A stretch of 64,000 bases of DNA from the NCBI GenBank assembly GCA_963736115.1, contig CAVTNR010000021.1, forward strand, positions 1-64,000. The letters are read 5' to 3'. The position numbers were made by a program, and so were the translations under genes. The stretch comes from an uncultured bacterium. GTDB taxonomy: Bacteria > Zhuqueibacterota > QNDG01 > DTFT01. A model generated the notes under the pieces. That model saw only the letters and a program-made list of their open reading frames with translations, ran no database searches and was not told the origin of the DNA. This document shows, in pieces, positions 41,842 to 50,316 of this stretch (position 1 is the first letter of the stretch; the number at the start of each line of letters is the position of its first letter).

Positions 41842-43434
41842 ATGGGTCTGTTCCTCGCGTGGATGGCGCTTCTCGCCGCGGGTCTGACCGCGTACAGCCT
41901 TCTGCTCTGGAAGCGGAACCGGATTGGATCGCGGTTCCAGGGCAAACTGACCGTTCTCTTCCTTCTCTTCGTCCTCGTTCCGGCCGTGCCCCTGACCCTG
42001 TTCACGGCGAACCTGCTCACGCGGAGCGCGGACATGCTCCTGCTGCCGGGCATCGGAGAGGCTCTCGATTCGTCCCTTTCCACCATCCGGCTTCAGCTGG
42101 AGGACAAAGGCCGGCGCTTCCTCGAAACCAACTCCGATCCGGGGCAATGGACGCTCACGCTCCTGGCCAGGGAAGGTCTCTATTCCGCGGCTGTGTACCA
42201 CGAGGCCGGCGGCGGATGGCGGCCGGGAATCCGGATCGCCTCGCCGGACTGCCCGGCGGCGAAACCGTGGCCTTCCCCCGGCGGCGGACTGCCCCCGGCC
42301 GACTCTTCAGGCGCCGCGGTTCTTCTGCACGAGCTGGACGGAAAGCCGGTTCTGACTCTCGGCCGCATGCCCGATTCCGCCACCTGGGTGACGGTGTGCT
42401 ATCCCGTGCCCGGCCGCATCATCGAATCCAAGGAGCGGATCAACCGCGCCCTGAATGTATACAACGCGCTGAGCCTGCTCAAGGAATCCATTCTCCGCAG
42501 AAATCTCATCTGGGCCTCGGCCGTGCTCCTGGTCCTCGCCCTGTCCCTGGTCGCGGTGAGGGCGGCGCGCAGTCTGTCCGGCCGCATCAATCAACCCGTC
42601 GCCGCCCTGGTGCAGGGCATGCGGGCCGTAGCCAAGGGCGATTTCGAAACAGCCGTAGACACAAAAGCCACGGACGAGTTCCGCTTCCTCGTCGATTCGT
42701 TCAACCGCATGGTCGCGGACTTGAAGTCGTCGCGGGAACGCCTGGTGCACGCGGAGAAAGTGGCGGCCTGGCGGGAGGTCGCCAGGCGCATCTCCCATGA
42801 GATACGGAACAGCCTCACGCCCATGTCCGTCACGCTGGGCCGCATCCGGCGGCGACTCGGGGAGGCTCCGGAAGGGGCGGAGATGATCCGCACCATGGAG
42901 GAGGAAATGGAATCCCTGCGGCGCATGGCCTCCGAGTTCTCGGAGTTTTCAAGCCTGCCGCGGCCGGAACAAACGCCCGTGCGTCCGGAAGAGGCCGCGG
43001 CGTCCGCGGTCCGCCTGGCGGAATCGGCTTTCCCGCGCATCCGGTTCCTGCTCGAGACGGAGCCGGAACTCCCGGCTTTGACCGCGGACTTCGAGCAGAT
43101 CAAGCGCGCGCTTCACAATGTGCTGAAAAACGCGGCCGAAGCGTCCGTGGACGGGGGGCGGGTGATTATCCGCACGGCCATGGACCGATCCGGGGACGGA
43201 TCCGTGTTTTTCGAAATCGAGGACAGGGGAAAAGGCCTGGACCCGGATAGCCTGAAGCGTCTTTTCACCCCCTATTACACGACCAAGAAAGACGGCACGG
43301 GCCTGGGACTGGCCATTGTCGAAAAAATCGTGGTGGACCACGGGGGCACGGTCTCCGTCCACTCTGAATCCGGCCGCGGCACCACGATTATTCTGCGCCT
43401 GCCCCCGGCCCCGCCGGCCGGGACCGAGGCTTGA
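41842..43434 (+). CDS. HAMP-domain sensor histidine kinase (NtrY-like)
   Basis: TM segments, HAMP (FNRM), H-box AWREVARRISHEIRNSLTP, N-box NVLKNA, DRGKG, FTPYYTTK, GTGLGLAI. Confidence 0.9.
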   Translation: MGLFLAWMALLAAGLTAYSLLLWKRNRIGSRFQGKLTVLFLLFVLVPAVPLTLFTANLLTRSADMLLLPGIGEALDSSLSTIRLQLEDKGRRFLETNSDPGQWTLTLLAREGLYSAAVYHEAGGGWRPGIRIASPDCPAAKPWPSPGGGLPPADSSGAAVLLHELDGKPVLTLGRMPDSATWVTVCYPVPGRIIESKERINRALNVYNALSLLKESILRRNLIWASAVLLVLALSLVAVRAARSLSGRINQPVAALVQGMRAVAKGDFETAVDTKATDEFRFLVDSFNRMVADLKSSRERLVHAEKVAAWREVARRISHEIRNSLTPMSVTLGRIRRRLGEAPEGAEMIRTMEEEMESLRRMASEFSEFSSLPRPEQTPVRPEEAAASAVRLAESAFPRIRFLLETEPELPALTADFEQIKRALHNVLKNAAEASVDGGRVIIRTAMDRSGDGSVFFEIEDRGKGLDPDSLKRLFTPYYTTKKDGTGLGLAIVEKIVVDHGGTVSVHSESGRGTTIILRLPPAPPAGTEA

Positions 43435-43459
43435 CAAACCCTTAAAATTTGTCCATATT
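43431..43459 (+). promoter_or_regulatory. Sigma70 promoter of the que operon (near-leaderless)
   Basis: TTGACA (43431-43436), 17 nt, CATATT (43454-43459). The ATG is only 8 nt further on and there is no Shine-Dalgarno. Confidence 0.65.
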
Positions 43460-43467
43460 ACGGTGTC

Positions 43468-43836
43468 ATGTACCGCATATTCGTCGAATCCCATTTCACC
43501 GCGGCCCACAGGCTCAGGGGCTATGAGGGCCAATGCGGCCGCCTGCACGGCCATACCTGGAAGGTTCGGGTTGAAGTCGAATCCGGGCAGGTGGATGCCA
43601 TCGGCATCAGCCTGGATTTCAAGGAGCTGAAAAGCCTGGTCGACACGCCGCTTGAAAAACTGGATCATTACCACATCAATGAAATCCCTCCGTTCGACGT
43701 GGAAAACCCGACCGCCGAGAACCTGTCCCGGTTTATTTACCGCGAAGTGAAAAGCCGCCTGCCTGAGGGCGTGACCGTCGCTTCAGTCACGGTGTGGGAG
43801 TCCGAGAAATACGGCGTCTCGTATTCCGAACCCTGA
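43468..43836 (+). CDS. queD: 6-carboxytetrahydropterin synthase
   Basis: FTAAHRL, CGRLHGHTW, LDHYHIN, NPTAENL, VWES. Confidence 0.95.
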   Translation: MYRIFVESHFTAAHRLRGYEGQCGRLHGHTWKVRVEVESGQVDAIGISLDFKELKSLVDTPLEKLDHYHINEIPPFDVENPTAENLSRFIYREVKSRLPEGVTVASVTVWESEKYGVSYSEP

Positions 43837-43837
43837 C

Positions 43838-44476
43838 ATGCTCCGCGTGACTGAAATCTTCCATTCGATTCAGGGCGAATCGTCCCGGGTCGGCCTTCCC
43901 TGTGTTTTCATCCGCCTCACCGGCTGCAACCTGCGCTGTTCCTACTGCGACACTGCCTACGCATGGACGGGCGGGTCCGATTGGACCCCGGAGAGCATCG
44001 TGGAACGGGTTGAATCGTACGGATGCCCGCTCGTGGAAATCACGGGCGGTGAACCCCTCGCCCAGGACGCGACACCCGGCCTGGCCCGCCGCCTGCTCGA
44101 CGCCGGGCATACCGTGCTCGTGGAGACCAACGGCACGTTCGACATCGGCCGTCTGCCCTCGGGCGCGGTTCGGATCATGGATGTGAAATGCCCGTCCAGC
44201 GGCGAGAGCGCGAAAACCGTATGGCAAAACCTGGACCGCCTCGGGCCTGAAGACGAGGTGAAATTCGTGATCAGCGACTCCGCGGATTATATCTGGGCAA
44301 AGGAAGTGATCCGAGGAAACGGACTGGAGTCGCGGGCCCGGGTTCTCCTCTCCCCCGCGCACGGCCGCATGGACCGGGCCCTTCTCGCGGAATGGATGCT
44401 CGGCGACAGACTGAACGTCCGACTGCAGGTTCCGCTTCATAAAATCATCTGGCCGGAGGCGGATCGTGGCCGCTGA
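43838..44476 (+). CDS. queE: 7-carboxy-7-deazaguanine synthase (radical SAM)
   Basis: [30 protein letters not shown]. Confidence 0.95.
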   Translation: MLRVTEIFHSIQGESSRVGLPCVFIRLTGCNLRCSYCDTAYAWTGGSDWTPESIVERVESYGCPLVEITGGEPLAQDATPGLARRLLDAGHTVLVETNGTFDIGRLPSGAVRIMDVKCPSSGESAKTVWQNLDRLGPEDEVKFVISDSADYIWAKEVIRGNGLESRARVLLSPAHGRMDRALLAEWMLGDRLNVRLQVPLHKIIWPEADRGR

Positions 44477-45248
44477 ACAGAAATCCCGCGCCGTGGTTCT
44501 GCTCAGCGGGGGAATTGATTCCGCCACGGCCATGGCCGTCGCGTTACGGAAGGGATTCGAGGTTTTCTGCCTGACCGTGGATTACAGCCAGCGCCATCGG
44601 ACGGAACTGACATCGGCGCGGCGAATTGCCGCCGCGCTCGGCGCTACGCGCCATCTGGTTTTCAGGATGGACCTGTCCCCCATCGGCGGCTCGGCCCTGA
44701 CATCGGAGATTTCCGTTCCCAAGGGCCGGCCTGAAAAACGCATGGCGTCGGCAATACCGGTCACCTATGTTCCTGCGCGCAATACCATGTTCCTGTCCGT
44801 CGCTTTGGGATGGGCTGAAACCCTCGGGGCGCGGGACATCTTCATCGGCGTGAACGCGGTGGACTATTCCGGTTACCCGGACTGCAGGCCGGCCTTCATC
44901 CGGTCCTTTGAGCGGACCGCCAATCTGGCCACCCAAGCCGGCGTGGAAGGCGGTCGGTTCCGGATCCGCACGCCCCTGCTCAGGCTCACCAAAGCGGCCA
45001 TCATACGCAAAGCGGTCGCGCTCGGCGTGCCGCTGGAACTCACGCACAGCTGTTATGATCCGGATTCACGGGGCCGGGCCTGCGGCGGATGCGACAGCTG
45101 TATGCTGAGGCGGAAGGGTTTCCGCGAAGCGGGGATTCCGGATCCGACGCGGTATGGGAATGGAGAGAACCGGACCCGGTCGGACCGAACCCCCACGGCC
45201 GACATTCGTAAAACCGGCAAACGATCCGGATCGAGGAGGATGAAATGA
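44466..45248 (+). CDS. queC: 7-cyano-7-deazaguanine synthase
   Basis: [39 protein letters not shown]. Confidence 0.96.
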   Translation: MAAEQKSRAVVLLSGGIDSATAMAVALRKGFEVFCLTVDYSQRHRTELTSARRIAAALGATRHLVFRMDLSPIGGSALTSEISVPKGRPEKRMASAIPVTYVPARNTMFLSVALGWAETLGARDIFIGVNAVDYSGYPDCRPAFIRSFERTANLATQAGVEGGRFRIRTPLLRLTKAAIIRKAVALGVPLELTHSCYDPDSRGRACGGCDSCMLRRKGFREAGIPDPTRYGNGENRTRSDRTPTADIRKTGKRSGSRRMK

Positions 45249-45646
45249 AACCCGGGAATAAAAAAGGCTCCGCCGCGATCCGCAGCGCGAAGCTCACTGC
45301 GGTTCCGAACCAGTACCCGGACCGCGACACGGAAGTGTCGGTGACCCTTCCGGAATTCACCTGCCTGTGCCCCATCACCGGGTATCCGGATTTCGCGACG
45401 ATCCGCGTGAACTACATCCCGGACCGGTCCATCGTGGAGTTGAAATCCCTGAAACTGTACATCAACCGGTTCAGGGACCAGAGCCATTTTCACGAGGCGG
45501 TCACGAACCGGATTCTCGACGACCTGGTGGCCTGCGCGCGGCCGAGATGGATGGAAGTGATCGGAGACTTCAATCCGCGCGGCAACGTCAAGACCGTGGT
45601 GCGCGTCGAGCACAACGCGGAATTCCGGAACGGGAGGACGGCGTGA
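45245..45646 (+). CDS. queF: preQ0 reductase QueF (short, unimodular type)
   Basis: [33 protein letters not shown]. Confidence 0.95.
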   Translation: MKPGNKKGSAAIRSAKLTAVPNQYPDRDTEVSVTLPEFTCLCPITGYPDFATIRVNYIPDRSIVELKSLKLYINRFRDQSHFHEAVTNRILDDLVACARPRWMEVIGDFNPRGNVKTVVRVEHNAEFRNGRTA

Positions 45647-46491
45647 AGGACGTGCAGAGCCAGTCGGACGACCGCAACATACCGATCGACCGGGTGGGAG
45701 TCAAGGGCCTGCGCTACCCGATCACTGTCCTGGACCGGGCCCGCAGGAAACAGCACACCGTGGCCTCGGTCAACATGTACGTGAACCTTCCCCACCGTTT
45801 CAGGGGCACGCACATGAGCCGTTTCGTGGAAATTCTCAGCGAGCACCGTGACGCGCTCCACATCGACACCATCGGCGACATTCTCGAAAAAATGAAGGAC
45901 CGGCTGGATGCCGAGGAAGCGCACATGGAAGTGGCTTTCCCGTATTTCATCGAAAAGAAAGCCCCGGCTTCCGGAACGGCCAGCCTCATGGAATACGGGT
46001 GCACCTATGTCGGCACGCTGGGCCGCGACCGCGATTTCATTCTCGGCGTGTCGGTTCCGGTGACCACCGTGTGCCCGTGCTCGAAGGAAATCTCGGACCG
46101 CGGCGCGCACAACCAGCGTTCCGTGGTGACCATACATGCCCGTTTCCGGAAATTCATCTGGATCGAGGAACTGGTCGAAACCGCCGAAGCCGCGGCTTCC
46201 TGCCCGATATGGCCGCTCCTGAAACGCTCCGACGAGAAGGCGGTGACCGAACGCGGATACGACCACCCGCGCTTTGTCGAGGACGTGGTGAGGGAGGTGG
46301 CGCTCCGGCTGGACAAGGACCCGCGCATAACCTGGTACCGGGTCGAATCCGAGAACATGGAATCCATTCACAACCACAACGCATACGCCTCGATCGAACG
46401 AAAACCCCCGGCGCATCAGCCGGCCGGCCCGGTGTCCCGGCCCCAGGCGAAACGGAAACAGCCCGCTTCCGGCGGAAAACGGCGCGGATGA
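45643..46491 (+). CDS. folE2: GTP cyclohydrolase IB (FolE2)
   Basis: MKDVQ..IDRVGVK, RGTHMSRF, TVCPCSKEIS, GAHNQRS, ESIHNHNA. GTG start overlaps the queF stop. Confidence 0.95.
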   Translation: MKDVQSQSDDRNIPIDRVGVKGLRYPITVLDRARRKQHTVASVNMYVNLPHRFRGTHMSRFVEILSEHRDALHIDTIGDILEKMKDRLDAEEAHMEVAFPYFIEKKAPASGTASLMEYGCTYVGTLGRDRDFILGVSVPVTTVCPCSKEISDRGAHNQRSVVTIHARFRKFIWIEELVETAEAAASCPIWPLLKRSDEKAVTERGYDHPRFVEDVVREVALRLDKDPRITWYRVESENMESIHNHNAYASIERKPPAHQPAGPVSRPQAKRKQPASGGKRRG

Positions 46492-47384
46492 ACGCCTCCC
46501 CTGTCCGGTCCGCGCTCGCGGCCGACCCTCATCATCTCAGGGCCGTGGGATATCTCGCCCTGACCGCGTCGCTGTGGAGTTTCGGCGGGGTTCTGATCAA
46601 ATGGGTGGACTGGAATCCGATCGCCATCGCCGCCACGCGCAGTTGGATCGCCCTTCCCCTGCTTTTCCTGGCCGCGGGAAAAAGCCACATTGACCATTCG
46701 AAAACCCAATGGGCCGGGGCCGTGGCGTATGCCTGCACCGTGCTGTTGTTCGTCAGCGCGAACAAACTGACCACGTCGGCGAATGCCATCCTGCTCCAGT
46801 ACACGGCCCCGGTGTACGTCGCCATTCTCGGGCATTTTCTTCTGCATGAACGCGTGGACCGAACCGACGGCCTGGCCGTGGTCCTTGTGCTGGCCGGCAT
46901 GTCGCTTTTCTTCCTGGACAAGCTCAGCGCGGCGAACGCCCTGGGAAACGGCGTCGCGGTACTGAGCGGCGTGGCCTTCGCCTGGCTCGTGGTGCTGATG
47001 CGGAAACAGAAGCATGGATCCCCGCTCGGCTCGGTCGTTCTGGGCAACCTCATCACCGGCATCGTCGGCATTCCATTCATGCTCCACCCGCCCCGGGACG
47101 TGTCGAGCTGGACGGGCCTCCTCCTGCTCGGCGTTTTCCAGATCGGCTTCTCCTACCTGTTCTACGCCAGGGCCATCCGCCACGTCACCGCTTTGGAGGG
47201 AATTCTGGTTCCCGTGATAGAACCGATACTCAACCCGATCTGGGCGTTCCTGTTCATCGGGGAAAGACCCGGGCACTGGGCCTTCATCGGCGGAGTGATC
47301 GTCATCGCCACCGTGATTCTCAGATCCGTTCATTCCATACGATACCGGTGGGAGGACCACCCTCCGGCCCAGGGAGCCGCCTGA
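46488..47384 (+). CDS. EamA/DMT family transporter
   Basis: About 10 TM segments, ANKLTTSANAILLQYTAPVYV, IEPILNPIWAFLFIGERP. ATGA overlap with folE2. Confidence 0.9.
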   Translation: MNASPVRSALAADPHHLRAVGYLALTASLWSFGGVLIKWVDWNPIAIAATRSWIALPLLFLAAGKSHIDHSKTQWAGAVAYACTVLLFVSANKLTTSANAILLQYTAPVYVAILGHFLLHERVDRTDGLAVVLVLAGMSLFFLDKLSAANALGNGVAVLSGVAFAWLVVLMRKQKHGSPLGSVVLGNLITGIVGIPFMLHPPRDVSSWTGLLLLGVFQIGFSYLFYARAIRHVTALEGILVPVIEPILNPIWAFLFIGERPGHWAFIGGVIVIATVILRSVHSIRYRWEDHPPAQGAA

Positions 47385-47496
47385 CCCGGGAGTAACCCGC
47401 GAAGGGAAACCGCCCCGAACTGTCGGAAGAAGGAGCATCGCCGTCCAACGGCCCTTTGGGCCCCGTTTGCCGGGCCGTCCGGCTCCGATTTTCCCC

Positions 47497-47525
47497 TTGA
47501 TTTATGGTGCGCAAATGCGTATTTT
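47497..47525 (+). promoter_or_regulatory. Putative sigma70 promoter of the small Lys-rich gene
   Basis: TTGATT (47497-47502), 17 nt, TATTTT (47520-47525). Confidence 0.5.
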
Positions 47526-47586
47526 TTAGAGACTCGATGACGGCCGGACGAGCCGTCGCCACTCGCACCCTTGATCGGAGGATGGT

Positions 47587-47697
47587 ATGGGCAAGGATCG
47601 GGACATCAAGAGCAAAGAAACCAAGAAAAAAGCGGGCAAGTCCCTGAAAGAGAAGCGCGAAGCGAAGAAGGCGAAAAAAGCGACCAAGTCGATTTAG
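47587..47697 (+). CDS. Small lysine-rich protein (36 aa), below the ORF-track cutoff
   Basis: GGAGGA RBS, ATG at 47587, MGKDRDIKSKETKKKAGKSLKEKREAKKAKKATKSI*. It has its own candidate promoter and terminator. Confidence 0.75.
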   Translation: MGKDRDIKSKETKKKAGKSLKEKREAKKAKKATKSI

Positions 47698-47732
47698 TCC
47701 GAAACTACACGCGTATTTCCGTCCGCATTCCA

Positions 47733-47771
47733 GATCGTTGGCCGGATGGCGCGGCCAACGATCAATTTTTT
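47733..47771 (+). terminator. Intrinsic terminator after the small ORF
   Basis: Perfect 12-bp stem GATCGTTGGCCG / CGGCCAACGATC, 7-nt loop, then AATTTTTT. Confidence 0.6.
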
Positions 47772-47826
47772 ATACTGCATCCGCTCGACTCGGGGCGGTT
47801 TTGTCGAACGGGAAAAGGAGTCGTTT

Positions 47827-49152
47827 TTGGCAGCGGAAATCATGGACAAAATCGTTTCCCTGTGCAAGAGAAGGGGATTTATTTTCCAGTCGAGCGAGAT
47901 ATACGGCGGCATCAACGCCTGCTATGATTACGGCCCGCTCGGCGTGGAACTCAAGCGCAACGTGAAGGAACAGTGGTGGCGGGCCATGGTGGTCGAGAAC
48001 GAGGATATCGTGGGTCTCGACGCCGCCATTCTCATGCATCCGCGCGTCTGGGAGGCGTCGGGACACGTCGCCGGGTTCACGGATCCGCTGGTCGACTGCC
48101 GCCAGTGCAAACAGCGCTTCCGGCAGGACGAGATCGATCCCAAAAAATGGGAAAAGCGGCAGTGCCCCGCGTGCGGCAACGCGAACGTCCTGACCGACGC
48201 GCGCCAGTTCAACCTGATGTTCAAGACGCACATGGGCCCCGTGGAGGAGGATGCCACGGTGGTTTACCTGCGGCCCGAGACCGCCCAGGGCATTTACGTC
48301 AACTACAAGAACGTGATGGACTCCTCGCGCAAGAAGATCCCGTTCGGCATCGCCCAGATCGGCAAGGCGTTCCGGAACGAGATCACGCCCGGCAATTTCA
48401 TTTTCCGCACCCGCGAATTCGAACAGATGGAAATGCAGTATTTCGTCAAGCCGGGAACGGACGAGGAAGTGTGGCAGGCGTGGAAAGACAGGCGCATGGC
48501 CTGGTACCGGCGGATCGGCATTCACCCGGAGAAGCTCCGGTTCCGACAGCATGGGCCCGACGAGCTCGCGCATTACGCCAAAGCGGCCATGGACGTCGAG
48601 TACGAATACCCGATCGGCTGGAAGGAGCTGGAGGGCATTCACAACCGCACGGATTTCGACCTGTCCCGGCACCAGCAGTTCTCGGGCAAGGACCTGTCGT
48701 ATTTCGACGACGCCACCCGCGAGCGCTTCATCCCGTATATCATCGAGACATCGGCCGGGTGCGACCGCACCGTCCTGACCTGCCTCATCGACGCCTACGA
48801 GGAACAGAAGCTGGAGAACGACACGCGGACGGTCCTGCACCTCGACCCGACGCTCGCGCCGGTGAAGGCCGCCGTGTTCCCGCTGGTGAACCGGGACGGC
48901 ATGCCGGAACTCGCGCGGAAAATCATGGACGATTTGCGGGGCGAGTTCATCGCCTTTTACGACGACTCCGGCGCAGTTGGACGGCGGTACCGCCGCCAGG
49001 ACGAGGCCGGAACGCCTTTCTGCGTCACCGTGGACTCACAGACTTTGCAGGACGAAACCGTCACGGTCCGCGACCGGGACTCCATGAGCCAGGACCGGGT
49101 GGCCATACGCGGCCTGGTTCCGGAACTGAGGAAGCGGATCTGGGGAAAATGA
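47827..49152 (+). CDS. glyQS: Glycine--tRNA ligase, homodimeric (alpha2) type
   Basis: [57 protein letters not shown] start after AAGGAG. Confidence 0.96.
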   Translation: MAAEIMDKIVSLCKRRGFIFQSSEIYGGINACYDYGPLGVELKRNVKEQWWRAMVVENEDIVGLDAAILMHPRVWEASGHVAGFTDPLVDCRQCKQRFRQDEIDPKKWEKRQCPACGNANVLTDARQFNLMFKTHMGPVEEDATVVYLRPETAQGIYVNYKNVMDSSRKKIPFGIAQIGKAFRNEITPGNFIFRTREFEQMEMQYFVKPGTDEEVWQAWKDRRMAWYRRIGIHPEKLRFRQHGPDELAHYAKAAMDVEYEYPIGWKELEGIHNRTDFDLSRHQQFSGKDLSYFDDATRERFIPYIIETSAGCDRTVLTCLIDAYEEQKLENDTRTVLHLDPTLAPVKAAVFPLVNRDGMPELARKIMDDLRGEFIAFYDDSGAVGRRYRRQDEAGTPFCVTVDSQTLQDETVTVRDRDSMSQDRVAIRGLVPELRKRIWGK

Positions 49153-49235
49153 TAAACCGGTTGCTCCTCCCTTTTCAGACGGAGGCGGCCGGGATGCGTT
49201 TCACAGTAACCCAATTTATTCGAGAGGAGGTACCC

Positions 49236-49676
49236 ATGGCTCAGGGAAGAGGCACCGTGAACAAAGTCATTCTGTTGGGACGACTCGGGGCCGACCCGCA
49301 GCTGAAGTACACTCCTTCCGGACGGGCAACCGTGAACTTCAACTTGGCGACGAATCAGGTCTGGAAGGACCAGGAAGGTAAACAGCAGGAGAAAACGGAC
49401 TGGTCCCGGGTGGTGGCCTGGGGCAAGCTCGCTGAAATCATGGGCGAGTACCTGAAAAAGGGCAGTCTGGTGTACCTGGAGGGCCGCCTCCAGACCCGGT
49501 CGTACGAGGACACCAGCGGCGTCAAAAAATTCATCACCGAAGTCGTGGCCCAGGAAATGGAAATGCTGGGCGGCGGAAAGCGGGGCGAGGGCGCGGGTCC
49601 GGAGGGGTCGCAGGAAGCGCCTCCCGCGGGCGAAGGGGTGCCGGATCCGTCCGACGTGTCCGATCTTCCGTTCTGA
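49236..49676 (+). CDS. ssb: Single-stranded DNA-binding protein
   Basis: VNKVILLGRLGADP, YLEGRLQTRSY, C-terminal DLPF; GGAGG RBS. Confidence 0.96.
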   Translation: MAQGRGTVNKVILLGRLGADPQLKYTPSGRATVNFNLATNQVWKDQEGKQQEKTDWSRVVAWGKLAEIMGEYLKKGSLVYLEGRLQTRSYEDTSGVKKFITEVVAQEMEMLGGGKRGEGAGPEGSQEAPPAGEGVPDPSDVSDLPF

Positions 49677-49685
49677 CGGGCCGGG

Positions 49686-50084
49686 ATGAAACCGCTTCCT
49701 GAAACAACGATCGATCAACTGGTGCGGGCCGCTTCTGCGGCCCGCTCTTTTGCTTATGCGCCCTACTCGAAGTTCCTCGTCGGCGCCGCGCTCCTGTGCC
49801 CGGACGGCCGTATTTTCACCGGGTGCAACGTCGAGAACGCCTCGTACGGTCTCACGGTATGCGCCGAGCGGACGGCTGTACTCAAAGCCGTTTCGGAAGG
49901 GATCGCGTCTTTCGATGCAGTCGCCGTATGCGCGGACACGGACGCGCCGGTCACGCCCTGCGGCGCCTGCAGGCAGGTGCTGGCGGAGTTCAACCCCTCC
50001 ATGACCGTGGTCTGCTGCACAGCCTCCGGGAAGAAAACCGTTTATTCCCTCTCGGAACTGCTGCCGCATTCGTTCCATTTTTAA
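49686..50084 (+). CDS. cdd: Cytidine deaminase
   Basis: AYAPYSKFLVGAA, GCNVENASYG, CAER, PCGACRQ, LLPHSF. Confidence 0.96.
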   Translation: MKPLPETTIDQLVRAASAARSFAYAPYSKFLVGAALLCPDGRIFTGCNVENASYGLTVCAERTAVLKAVSEGIASFDAVAVCADTDAPVTPCGACRQVLAEFNPSMTVVCCTASGKKTVYSLSELLPHSFHF

Positions 50085-50104
50085 TACTATCCCCAAATAA
50101 AAAA

Positions 50105-50164
50105 CGCACGCTGAAGCGTGCGGCTACCACAAGTTAAAAATGATCCGGTAGCCGCGGGCCTTCA
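50105..50164. repeat. GTAG-type REP-like doublet
   Basis: Minus strand GTAGC-CGCACGCT-TC-AGCGTGCG (50127-50105) plus an oppositely oriented degenerate copy GTAGCCGCGGGCCTTCA (50148-50164). Confidence 0.6.
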
Positions 50165-50231
50165 ATAATTGCAGAATACAATCACTTGGTCCCGTTCATC
50201 GGGACCTTGGCCCGCGCCTTTTTCAACTAAA

Positions 50232-50269
50232 AACCTCCCGCCGGTTGTTTTTCAATCCCTCGGAAGGTT
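50232..50269. repeat. Hairpin element AACCTCCCG-N20-CGGAAGGTT (copy 1); may also act as a terminator
   Basis: Inverted ends followed by a T run, between convergent cdd and GH3 genes. A second copy lies at 52906-52941. Confidence 0.55.
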
Positions 50270-50278
50270 TTTTTCTTT

Positions 50279-50312
50279 AACCCGGAACCCGAAACTCGGA
50301 ACTCGGAACCGA
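50279..50312. repeat. Tandem heptamer repeat (AACYCGR) x4 plus a partial copy
   Basis: AACCCGG AACCCGA AACTCGG AACTCGG AACCGA. Confidence 0.7.
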
Positions 50313-50316
50313 GTGT

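Noticed and set aside
43468-46491. 7-deazaguanine DNA-modification (dpd) system
   Set aside because: No dpdA/tgt-like, helicase or phage genes are nearby. QueF and host-like composition point to tRNA queuosine synthesis.
47385-47826. T-box, SRP RNA or other known ncRNA upstream of glyQS
   Set aside because: No T-box antiterminator motif or SRP core loop is visible. The small ORF and its signals explain most of the region, and the GC-rich hairpins at 47385-47490 match nothing I can support.
45367-49676. N-terminally extended FolE2 (374 aa), EamA (461 aa) and SSB (567 aa) in the ORF track
   Set aside because: The extensions overlap upstream genes in other frames. True starts with an RBS or stop/start overlap are at 45643, 46488 and 49236.
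50279-50312. CRISPR array
   Set aside because: These are contiguous 7-mers without spacers, and there are no cas genes in the window.
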